Shown here in pieces: positions 36,401-49,653 of a stretch of DNA of 64,000 nt. Positions within the stretch are counted from its first letter, which is position 1; every line of letters starts with the position of its first letter. Source of the DNA: Diadema antillarum (taxonomy: Eukaryota); assembly GCF_040938485.1 (NCBI RefSeq), contig NW_027272096.1, positions 248,001-312,000 on the forward strand, in the 5' to 3' direction. The notes under the pieces were generated by a model, which worked only from the letters and a program-made list of their open reading frames with translations, had not been told where the DNA came from and searched no databases. The position numbers and the translations under genes were made by a program.

Positions 36401-38460
36401 TTAAAGCTCAAGACCACAGCGAAGCGCCAAACGCTGCAATCTCATTTTTTCCTCCCTCAACATCTAAAGCGATGACACTGTTTTTTTTTTTCAAAATACA
36501 CTTGAAATCATCATTTTAGTCAAGAAAAGGAGGAAAATTGTCTTTTAAGATATATTTCATACTTCAACTCTGTCTAATACGACTGTATTCGATCCAAAAG
36601 TAGAATGTTCTCATTTGTTTCTTTCTCTCAACATTTACAGAAACGACAACTCTGGGTCAGTCAGGTAGGTCTACGTCTCCATTGTATTTCTAACCTTTTT
36701 GAATTAACATGTAGTAAAAAAAGAAAATCAGATATCACTAAATGATAATTGCTTTAAGATCAAACTGGTTTCGACTATTCTTCCCTATAAGTCTTCTCTT
36801 TAAAAACAAAAGTCTCTCAACTGTCAAAAACACTGAGTGAAAGATACATGTGTGTCGTTTTCTCCTTTTTTACAGAAGTTACAACAACAAGGACGCGAAC
36901 GCGAGCGACAACGACTACTGCTCCAGGAACCGAGCAAACAACAGCAGTAGTAGAGGAAACTACTGCCACTCCTGAAGCAACAACTACAACTCAGACAACT
37001 GTTACATCGACCACAACAGCACGACAGGAATCTACAACGCCAGGTAACTTCTCACTTCCATTTTTCCAAGACTCGTGTCCGAAGACGTAAAACCTGAATT
37101 ATGTCATGTAAAACTAGAAGGCGGTCACTCAACTCTTTCGTGTTAGCGTAACCTCTTCCTTCATCTTCATTCTGCTTGATGGTATCCAGCAACCAAGTTT
37201 GCTTAACTAAACGAATGACTAAAATGCATATGTTAATATCTCTTTCAATGACTTTAACGTGTTACTGTTCACTTAACAATATTGTACCCTACAAATTCGT
37301 CGTCACGCCCGTCTACATCCAAGACATTTCTTTTATTTACCAGCTGCTTGCAGAAAACCACTGGATGGCGTGGATCTTGATACTAAATTGGAAGTTTTAC
37401 TTGACAACAATAAAACCAACCTTTGGAGCGAACCTACTTCAGAGAGGACAGTGAAGGTCACTGTCAAATCAGTCGATGACACCTCAGACCTGACGATTAA
37501 GATATCAGCTGTCAGCATAAGCACAACCAATGGTTCACCTCCCGATAGCGTTACAATTGGTGTCCTCTCGTCCAGCGATGGACCTGTTGAACGCGAATTT
37601 ACAGCTCAACCCGGAGACGATCAGACTCAAGGAATGTACGAGCTTCGAAACTTGACTGGTTTGAATGAAGTTTATTTCGAAATCACTCTTCCTGACGACT
37701 ACAACGTGGCAGATTCGGAATTGACGGTGACATTCAGAGGATGTATTGAAACAGGTAATTTCATTTCTTTATGCGCTGAAGAAGTCCTCATTCATCTCTT
37801 TTGTTCTTGTATATGATCTATACATTTCTCCCACTAAATTTAACCACTACCTGCTGATATTGCAACAGCATATCAACTTTGGAATTTTGTGTGATCACAA
37901 AAAGATGATTGGCAGGTTATTGATTTGGTAAATTTATGTCTATACATTTTTCACCCATTACTCCTGCACTTTAATTCTTTTTTCTAATTAATCAGTCCTC
38001 ATCCATCTCTTTTGATCGTGTAATGATCCATTCATATATAACCGGTAACTGCTGATATTCCAACAACACATCAACTTCAGAATTTTAAGTAATCACAAAG
38101 AAAAAAAAAAGATAATTGGCATGTTATTGCTTTGGTAGGTTTATGTCCATATATTTCTTGCTGATTATTCTGGTACTTTATAACAGTGCACTCAACTTAT
38201 CAGCAACAATTTCACACTACACTACACTACGATTCATTATTGTTTCATTAATCAGCAACGGGCATGGAAACAACAGTAGTTACAACCGTTGTAACTACAA
38301 CTGTACCTACCACCACGTCGAAACCCACAACAGTCACTGAAGCTACCACCACAGCTGTTACCACAACAACTCCGATGGGTACTACTAGGATGGAGGAGAC
38401 CACAACTCTTTCTACTACTACTACTCCTGCTCAGACTACAGAAATGGGTAAAGCCTTGTT

Positions 38461-38491
<31 letters not shown>

Positions 38492-41400
38492 GGCAAATGA
38501 ACTTTCTTTATAAATTAATATCGTAAGTTAACACTTCCCTTCTATCCCAATTTAAGGCATGGAATTTAGTTGAGAATAATGTTCTAAATTGACTACTGGT
38601 GGCATTTTAAGACTTAGGAGATTGTCATCGCTACAATACAATACATTGTTATGTATTCCAAAACAACATTTGCACCAACAACTAAAGTGGTAGTAGTGGA
38701 GACAACTGCTACTCAGTCGACCATCACATATACCACTTGAGCAACTGAGCAACCAACAACAGCACCAGGTAATTTCCATTCCATTCTAATACGATTCATG
38801 TCCCATTAGTATAAACATCAACGGTAGTGGAACGCTATGATATGGCCAAAATATTTTACCCAATAACTGAGACGAACGATTGACCATTCTTTTCAGAATG
38901 CTACGAGCCACAAGAGCCATTGCAAGAAGTCACTGCCTTGACATACGAAGCCAGCTTCAGTCAGCCTACTACTATCAGAGGAATCAAACTACCTGCCAGC
39001 AGCTTCCCTACAATGACTACAGTAGTATTCAGGATCAAACGCGCCGAAGGAGATGAATGGATTATTGTTCCTGCACAGAGCACAGAATCAGGATCTGGTG
39101 ACTTCTCCGGTTCAGGATCGGGAGAGTCAGAGAGTCAGGTAAATCCTAAATAGACAAGTATTCCCTTGTTCTACACAGAACATACATTACCACTTCTTGT
39201 ATTAATACGTTATAAAAGGAAAATGGGCGGTATTTCGCCTGTATCTTCTATTAACCCTTTATGTGCTTTGAGTGTTGATTTGCACGTACAACCCTAAAGC
39301 ACTGTATCGATATCCAACGACCATGAATGATAGAGAAATGCTTAACAATATCCTTTATCTTCAGTGTACCAGTCCTAGCTGTCAAATCTCTACTTATCAT
39401 CTTCTCTGATTCATCGTACTAAAACTTGTTATCTTTCTTGGAAAAACATTATTATGTCACCCCTTTATTGCAGTCGTATTTCAAACATATTTGATTTTCC
39501 GGATTTGCATTTGCATTTTCTGAACATTGTTTGGTCCAGACATCAAATTGGAAAGTTGTACTAATGCATTGATTAATTTCTTTGTATTCTTCATAGGGCG
39601 AAGTGACGTTTTCTTTGAGTGACTCTGCTCCAACGAACCTCTGGCTTCCATCCGAATTGGGGCCTGTGCGAGCTATCGAAGCAACCTTTGGAGAAGCACT
39701 TAATCTAGGAAATGAAATCGAGGTCTACGGCTGTCAGGGTAGGTGCACTTTAAGCGACTTATTCAAAAACAACACTCTTATGTGGACAAGTTCTTGTGAG
39801 TTCAAACGGAAAATTCTCATTCACGATTAAAATTCAAACAGTTCTATCTAACGTGTCTCTCGTAATCCTTAAAAGTTCTAGTTACGCAGAAAAGGAATAT
39901 ACTATGATTTATTTCTAATCATTTGATTCTTTATCCATGTATAGATTATAAGACACATCGCATTCACTCCGTGCGCTATGAGCGGTATAATAAGTGAACT
40001 TACAGCATTTTAAGTTGTTAGTTATGGCCAGATCAATTTCATTAAAAAGGTTCCTATGGATTTATTTTCCCCTTTGTTTGTATATTACCGCAGGACCCAC
40101 TCCGGCTCCAACCACGAGAGGTACCTCTCCCCCAGGTAATACATTGTATTTTTATAGAAATATTAGGTTTCCTCGGTTTGGTCAAATACCATGAAACATT
40201 GAATAAGTAAAAAAAATAATAATATTTCTTTTAAAGCTCAATACCACAGCGAAGCGCCAAACGCTGCAATCTCATTTTTTTTCCTCAACATCTAAAGCGA
40301 TGACACTGTTTTGGTTTTTTTTCAAAATACACTTGAAATCATCATCTAAGTCAAGGAAAGAAGGAAAATTGTCTTTGAAGATATAATTATTTCATATTTC
40401 ACCTCTGTCTAATACGACTGTATTCGATCCAGAAGGAGAATGTTCTCATTTGTTTCTTTCTCTCAACATTTACAGAAACGACAACTCTGGGTCAGTCAGG
40501 TAGGCCTACGTCTCCATTGTATTTCTAACCTTTTTGAATTAACATGTACCAAAAAAAGAAAATCAGATATCACTAAATGATAATTGCTTTAAGATCAAAC
40601 TGGTTTCGACTATTCTTCGCCATAAGTCTTCTCTTTAAAAACAAATGTCTCTCAACTGTCAAAAACACTGAGTGAAAGATACATGTGTGTCGTTTTCTCC
40701 TTTTTCACAGAAGTGACAACAAGGACGCGAACGCGAGCGACAACGACTACTGCTCCAGGAACCGAGCAAACAACAGCAGTAGTAGAGGAAACTACTGCCA
40801 CTCCTGAAGCAACAACTACAACTCAGACAACTGTTACATCGACCACAACAGCACGACAGGAATCTACAACGCCAGGTAACTTCTCACTTCCATTTTTCCA
40901 AGACTCGTGTCCGAAGACGTAAAACCTGAATTATAAGGTCACTGTCAAATCAGTCGATGACACCTCAGACCTGACGATTAAGATATCAGCTGTCAGCATA
41001 AGCACAACCAATGGTTCACCCTCCCGATAGCGTTACAATTGGTGTCCTCTCGTCCAGCGATGGACCTGTTGAACGCGAATTTACAGCTCAACCCGGAGAC
41101 GATCAGACTCAAGGAATGTACGAGCTTCGAAACTTGACTGGTTTGAATGAAGTTTATTTCGAAATCACTCTTCCTGACGACTACAACGTGGCAGATTCGG
41201 AATTGACGGTGACATTCAGAGGATGTATTGAAACAGGTAATTTCATTTCTTTATGCGCTGAAGAAGTCCTCATTCATCTCTTTTGTTCTTGTATATGATC
41301 TATACATTTCTCCCACTAAATTTAACCACTACCTGCTGATATTGCAACAGCATATCAACTTTGGAATTTTTGTGTGATCACAAAAAGATGATTGGCAGGT

Positions 41401-41951
41401 TATTGATTTGGTAAAATTTATGTCTATACATTTTTCACCCATTACTCCTGCACTTTAATTCTTTTTTCTAATTAATCAGTCCCTCATCCATCTCTTTTGA
41501 TCGTGTAATGATCCATTCATATATAACCGGTAACTGCTGATATTCCAACAACACATCAACTTCAGAATTTTAAGTAATCACAGAGAAAAAAAAAAGATAA
41601 TTGGCATGTTTATTGCTTTGGTAGGTTTATGTCCATATATTTCTTGCTGATTATTCTGGTACTTTATAACAGTGCACTCAACTTATCAGCAACAATTTCA
41701 CACTACACTACACTACGATTCATTATTGTTTCATTAATCAGCAACGGGCATGGAAACAACAGTAGTTACAACCGTCTGTAACTACAACTGTACCTACCAC
41801 CACGTCGAAACACCACAACAGTCACTGAAGCTACCACCACAGCTGTTACCACAACAACTCCGATGGGGTACTACTAGGATGGAGGAGACCACAAACTCTT
41901 TCTACTACTACTACTCCTGCTCAGACTACAGCAATGGGTAAAAGCCTTGTT

Positions 41952-41982
<31 letters not shown>

Positions 41983-44900
41983 GGCAAATGAACTTTCTTT
42001 ATAAATTAATATCGTAAGTTAACACTTCCCTTCTATCCCAATTTAAGGCATGGAATTTAGTTGAGAATAATGTTCTAAATTGACTACTGGTGGCATTTTA
42101 AGACTTAGGAGATTGTCATCGCTACAATACAATACATTGTTATGTATTCCAAAACAACATTTGCACCAACAACTAAAAGTGGTAGTAGTGGAGACAACTG
42201 CTACTCAGTCGACCATCACATATACCACTTGAGCAACTGAGCAACCAACAACAGCACCAGGTAATTTCCATTCCATTCTAATACGATTCATGTCCCATTA
42301 GTATAAACATCAACGGTAGTGGAACGCTATGGTATGGCCAAAATATTTTACCCAATAACTGAGACGAACGATTGACCATTTCTTTTCAGAATGCTACGAG
42401 CCACAAGAGCCATTGCAAGAAGTCACTGCCTTGACATACGAAGCCAGCTTCAGTCAGCCTACTACTATCAGAGGAATCAAACTACCTGCCAGCAGCTTCC
42501 CTACAATGACTACAGTAGTATTCAGGATCAAACGCGCCGAAGGAGATGAATGGATTATTGTTCCTGCACAGAGCACAGAATCAGGATCTGGTGACTTCTC
42601 CGGTTCAGGATCGGGAGAGTCAGAGAGTCAGGTAAATCCTAAATAGACAAGTATTCCCTTGTTCTACACAGAACATACATTACCACTTCTTGTATTAATA
42701 CGTTATAAAAGGAAAATGGGCATTATTTCGCCTGTATCTTCTATTAACCCTTTATGTGCTTTGAGTGTTGATTTGCACGTACAACCCTAAAGCACTGTAT
42801 CGATATCCAACGACCATGAATGATAGAGAAATGCTTAACAATATCCTTTTATCTTCAGTGTACCAGTCCTAGCTGTCAAATCTCTACTTATCATCTTCTC
42901 TGATTCATCGTACTAAAACTTGTTATCTTTCTTGGAAAAACATTATTATGTCACCCCTTTATTGCAGTCGTATTTCAAACATATTTGATTTTCCGGATTT
43001 GCATTTGGCATTTTCTGAACATTGTTTTGGTCCAGACATCAAATTGGAAAGTTGTACTAATTGCATTGATTAATTTCTTTGTATTCTTCATAGGGCGAAG
43101 TGACGTTTTCTTTGAGTGACTCTGCTCCAACGAACCTCTGGCTTCCATCCGAATTGGGGCCTGTGCGAGCTATCGAAGCAACCTTTGGAGATAGCACTTA
43201 ATCTAGGAAATGAAATCGAGGTCTACGGCTGTCAGGGTAGGTGCACTTTAAGCGACTTATTCAAAAACAACACTCTTATGTGGACAAGTTCTTGTGAGTT
43301 CAAACGGAAAATTCTCGTTCACGATTAAAAATTCAAACAGTTCTATCTAACGTGTCTCTCGTAATCCTTAAAAGTTCTAGTTACGCAGAAAAGGAATATA
43401 CTATGATTTATTTCTAATCATTTGATTCTTTATCCATGTATATAGATTATAAGACACATTGCATTCACTCCGTGCGCTATGAGCGGTATAATAAGTGAAC
43501 TTACAGCATTTTAAGTTGTTAGTTATGGCCAGATCAATTTCATTAAAAAGGTTCCTATGGATTTATTTTCCCCTTTGTTTGTATATTACCGCAGGACCCA
43601 CTCCGGCTCCAACCACGAGAGGTACCTCTCCCCCAGGTAATACATTGTATTTTTTATAGAAATTAGGTTTCCTCGGTTTGGTCAAATACCATGAAAACAT
43701 TGAATAAGTAAAAAAAAATAATAATATTTCTTTGAAAGCTCAATACCACAGCGAAGCGCCAAACGCTGCAATCTCATTTTTTTTCCTCAACATCTAAAGC
43801 GATGACACTGTTTTGTTTTTTTTTCAAAATACACTTGAAATCATCATCTAAGTCAAGGAAAGAAGGAAAATTGTCTTTGAAGATATAATTATTTCATATT
43901 TCACCTCTGTCTAATACGACTGTATTCGATCCAGAAGGAGAATGTTCTCATTTGTTTCTTTCTCTCAACATTTACAGAAACGACAACTCTGGGTCAGTCA
44001 GGTAGGTCTACGTCTCCATTGTATTTCTAACCTTTTTGAATTAACATGTACCAAAAAAAGAAAATCAGATATCACTAAATGATAATTGCTTTAAGATCAA
44101 ACTGGTTTCGACTATTCTTCGCCATAAGTCTTCTCTTTAAAAACAAATGTCTCTCATCTGTCAAAAACACTGAGTGAAAGATACATGTGTGTCGTTTTCT
44201 CCTTTTTCACAGAAGTGACAACAAGGACGCGAACGCGAGCGACAACGACTACTGCTCCAGGAACCGAGCAAACAACAGCAGTAGTAGAGGAAACTACTGC
44301 CACTCCTGAAGCAACAACTACAACTCAGACAACTGTTACATCGACCACAACAGCACGACAGGAATCTACAACGCCAGGTAACTTCTCACTTCCATTTTTC
44401 CAAGACTCGTGTCCGAAGACGTAAAACCTGAATTATGTCATGTAAAACTAGAAGGCGGTCACTCAACTCTTTCGTGTTAGCGTAACCTCTTCCTTCATCT
44501 TCATTCTGCTTGATGGTATCCAGCAACCAAGTTTGCTTAACTAAACGAATGACTAAAATGCATATGTTAATATCTCTTTCAATGACTTTAACGTGTTACT
44601 GTTCACTTAACAATATTGTACCCTACAAATTCGTCGTCACGCCCGTCTACATCCAAGACATTTCTTTTATTTACCAGCTGCTTGCAGAAAACCACTGGAT
44701 GGCGTGGATCTTGATACTAAATTGGAAGTTTTACTTGACAACAATAAAACCAACCTTTGGAGCGAACCTACTTCAGAGAGGACAGTGAAGGTCACTGTCA
44801 AATCAGTCGATGACACCTCAGACCTGACGATTAAGATATCAGCTGTCAGCATAAGCACAACCAATGGTTCACCTCCCAATAGCGTTACAATTGGTGTCCT

Positions 44901-47900
44901 CTCGTCCAGCGATGGACCTGTTGAACGCGAATTTACAGCTCAACCCGGAGACGATCAGACTCAAGGAATGTACGAGCTTCGAAACTTGACTGGTTTGAAT
45001 GAAGTTTATTTCGAAATCACTCTTCCTGACGACTACAACGTGGCAGATTCGGAATTGACGGTGACATTCAGAGGATGTATTGAAACAGGTAATTTCATTT
45101 CTTTATGCGCTGAAGAAGTCCTCATTCATCTCTTTTGTTCTTGTATATGATCTATACATTTCTCCCACTAAATTTAACCACTACCTGCTGATATTGCAAC
45201 AGCATATCAACTTTGGAATTTTGTGTGATCACAAGAAGATGATTGGCAGGTTATTGATTTGGTAAATTTATGTCTATACATTTTTCACCCATTACTCCTG
45301 CACTTTAATTCTTTTTTCTAATTAATCAGTCCTCATCCATCTCTTTTGATCGTGTAATGATCCATTCATATATAACCGGTAACTGCTGATATTCCAACAA
45401 CACATCAACTTCAGAATTTTAAGTAATCACAAAGAAAAAAAAAGATAATTGGCATGTTATTGCTTTGGTAGGTTTATGTCCATATATTTCTTGCTGATTA
45501 TTCTGGTACTTTATAACAGTGCACTCAACTTATCAGCAACAATTTCACACTACACTACACTACGATTCATTATTGTTTCATTAATCAGCAACGGGCATGG
45601 AAACAACAGTAGTTACAACCGTTGTAACTACAACTGTACCTACCACCACGTCGAAACCCACAACAGTCACTGAAGCTACCACCACAGCTGTTACCACAAC
45701 AACTCCGATGGGTACTACTAGGATGGAGGAGACCACAACTCTTTCTACTACTACTACTCCTGCTCAGACTACAGCAATGGGTAAAGCCTTGTTCTTTTCT
45801 CTCTCTCTCTCTCTCTCTCTCTGGCAAATGAACTTTCTTTATAAATTAATATCGTAAGTTAACACTTCCCTTCTATCCCAATTTAAGGCATGGAATTTAG
45901 TTGAGAATAATGTTCTAAATTGACTACTGGTGGCATTTTAAGACTTAGGAGATTGTCATCGCTACAATACAATACATTGTTATGTATTCCAAAACAACAT
46001 TTGCACCAACAACTAAAGTGGTAGTAGTGGAGACAACTGCTACTCAGTCGACCATCACATATACCACTTGAGCAACTGAGCAACCAACAACAGCACCAGG
46101 TAATTTCCATTCCATTCTAATACGATTCATGTCCCATTAGTATAAACATCAACGGTAGTGGAACGCTATGGTATGGCCAAAATATTGTACCCAATAACTG
46201 AGACGAACGATTGATCATTCTTTTCAGAATGCTACGAGCCACAAGAGCCTTTGCAAGAAGTCACTGCCTTGACATACGAAGCCAGCTTCAGTCAGCCTAC
46301 TACTATCAGAGGAATCAAACTACCTGCCAGCAGCTTCCCTACAATGACTACAGTAGTATTCAGGATCAAACGCGCCGAAGGAGATGAATGGATTATTGTT
46401 CCTGCACAGAGCACAGAATCAGGATCTGGTGACTTCTCCGGTTCAGGATCGGGAGAGTCAGAGAGTCAGGTAAATCCTAAATAGACAAGTATTCCCTTGT
46501 TCTAAACAGAACATACATTACCACTTCTTGTATTAATACGTTATAAAAGGAAAATGGGCGGTATTTCGCCTGTATCTTCTATTAACCCTTTATGTGCTTT
46601 GAGTGTTGATTTGCACGTACAACCCTAAAGCACTGTATCGATATCCAACGACCATAAATGATAGAGAAATGCTTAACAATATCCTTTATCTTCAGTGTAC
46701 CAGTCCTAGCTGTCAAATCTCTACTTATCATCTTCTCTGATTCATCGTACTAAAACTTGTTATCTTTCTTGGAAAAACATTATTATGTCACCCCTTTATT
46801 GCAGTCGTATTTCAAACATATTTGATTTTCCGGATTTGCATTTGCATTTTCTGAACATTGTTTAGTCCAGACATCAAATTGGAAAGTTGTACTAATGCAT
46901 TGATTAATTTCTTTGTATTCTTCATAGGGCGAAGTGACGTTTTCTTTGAGTGACTCTGCTCCAACGAACCTCTGGCTTCCATCCGAATTGGGGCCTGTGC
47001 GAGCTATCGAAGCAACCTTTGGAGAAGCACTTAATCTAGGAAATGAAATCGAGGTCTACGGCTGTCAGGGTAGGTGCACTTTAAGCGACTTATTCAAAAA
47101 CAACACTCTTATGTGGACAAGTTCTTGTGAGTTCAAACGGAAAATTCTCGTTCACGATTAAAATTCAAACAGTTCTATCTAACGTGTCTCTCGTAATCCT
47201 TAAAAGTTCTAGTTACGCAGAAAAGGAATATACTATGATTTATTTCTAATCATTTGATTCTTTATCCATGTATAGATTATAAGACACATTGCATTCACTC
47301 CGTGCGCTATGAGCGGTATAATAAGTGAACTTACAGCATTTTAAGTTGTTAGTTATGGCCAGATCAATTTCATTAAAAAGGTTCCTATGGATTTATTTTC
47401 CCCTTTGTTTGTATATTACCGCAGGACCCACTCCGGCTCCAACCACGAGAGGTACCTCTCCCCCAGGTAATACATTGTATTTTTATAGAAATATTAGGTT
47501 TCCTCGGTTTGGTCAAATACCATGAAACATTGAATAAGTAAAAAAAATAATAATATTTCTTTTAAAGCTCAATACCACAGCGAAGCGCCAAACGCTGCAA
47601 TCTCATTTTTTTTCCTCAACATCTAAAGCGATGACACTGTTTTTTTTTTTTTCAAAATACACTTGAAATCATCATCTAAGTCAAGGAAAGAAGGAAAATT
47701 GTCTTTGAAGATATAATTATTTCATATTTCACCTCTGTCTAATACGACTGTATTCGATCCAGAAGGAGAATGTTCTCATTTGTTTCTTTCTCTCAACATT
47801 TACAGAAACGACAACTCTGGGTCAGTCAGGTAGGCCTACGTCTCCATTGTATTTCTAACCTTTTTGAATTAACATGTACCAAAAAAAGAAAATCAGATAT

Positions 47901-49622
47901 CACTAAATGATAATTGCTTTAAGATCAAACTGGTTTCGACTATTCTTCGCCATAAGTCTTCTCTTTAAAAACAAATGTCTCTCAACTGTCAAAAACACTG
48001 AGTGAAAGATACATGTGTGTCGTTTTCTCCTTTTTCACAGAAGTGACAACAAGGACGCGAACGCGAGCGACAACGACTACTGCTCCAGGAACCGAGCAAA
48101 CAACAGCAGTAGTAGAGGAAACTACTGCCACTCCTGAAGCAACAACTACAACTCAGACAACTGTTACATCGACCACAACAGCACGACAGGAATCTACAAC
48201 GCCAGGTAACTTCTCACTTCCATTTTTCCAAGACTCGTGTCCGAAGACGTAAAACCTGAATTATGTCATGTAAAACTAGAAGGCGGTCACTCAACTCTTT
48301 CGTGTTAGCGTAACCTCTTCCTTCATCTTCATTCTGCTTGATGGTATCCAGCAACCAAGTTTGCTTAACTAAACGAATGACTAAAATGCATATGTTAATA
48401 TCTCTTTCAATGACTTTAACGTGTTACTGTTCACTTAACAATATTGTACCCTACAAATTCGTCGTCACGCCCGTCTACATCCAAGACATTTCTTTTATTT
48501 ACCAGCTGCTTGCAGAAAACCACTGGATGGCGTGGATCTTGATACTAAATTGGAAGTTTTACTTGACAACAATAAAACCAACCTTTGGAGCGAACCTACT
48601 TCAGAGAGGACAGTGAAGGTCACTGTCAAATCAGTCGATGACACCTCAGACCTGACGATTAAGATATCAGCTGTCAGCATAAGCACAACCAATGGTTCAC
48701 CTCCCGATAGCGTTACAATTGGTGTCCTCTCGTCCAGCGATGGACCTGTTGAACGCGAATTTACAGCTCAACCCGGAGACGATCAGACTCAAGGAATGTA
48801 CGAGCTTCGAAACTTGACTGGTTTGAATGAAGTTTATTTCGAAATCACTCTTCCTGACGACTACAACGTGGCAGATTCGGAATTGACGGTGACATTCAGA
48901 GGATGTATTGAAACAGGTAATTTCATTTCTTTATGCGCTGAAGAAGTCCTCATTCATCTCTTTTGTTCTTGTATATGATCTATACATTTCTCCCACTAAA
49001 TTTAACCACTACCTGCTGATATTGCAACAGCATATCAACTTTGGAATTTTGTGTGATCACAAAAAGATGATTGGCAGGTTATTGATTTGGTAAATTTATG
49101 TCTATACATTTTTCACCCATTACTCCTGCACTTTAATTCTTTTTTCTAATTAATCAGTCCTCATCCATCTCTTTTGATCGTGTAATGATCCATTCATATA
49201 TAACCGGTAACTGCTGATATTCCAACAACACATCAACTTCAGAATTTTAAGTAATCACAAAGAAAAAAAAAAGATAATTGGCATGTTATTGCTTTGGTAG
49301 GTTTATGTCCATATATTTCTTGCTGATTATTCTGGTACTTTATAACAGTGCACTCAACTTATCAGCAACAATTTCACACTACACTACACTACGATTCATT
49401 ATTGTTTCATTAATCAGCAACGGGCATGGAAACAACAGTAGTTACAACCGTTGTAACTACAACTGTACCTACCACCACGTCGAAACCCACAACAGTCACT
49501 GAAGCTACCACCACAGCTGTTACCACAACAACTCCGATGGGTACTACTAGGATGGAGGAGACCACAACTCTTTCTACTACTACTACTCCTGCTCAGACTA
49601 CAGCAATGGGTAAAGCCTTGTT

Positions 49623-49653
<31 letters not shown>

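Noticed and set aside
38552-38779. Repeated Cys-rich minus-strand ORFs (MEITWCCCWLLSCSSG..., MPERERER...CCSLSRSS) in each unit
   Set aside because: They are the antisense reading of ACA/ACT/ACC Thr codons and (CT)n tracts; no independent splice or domain evidence.
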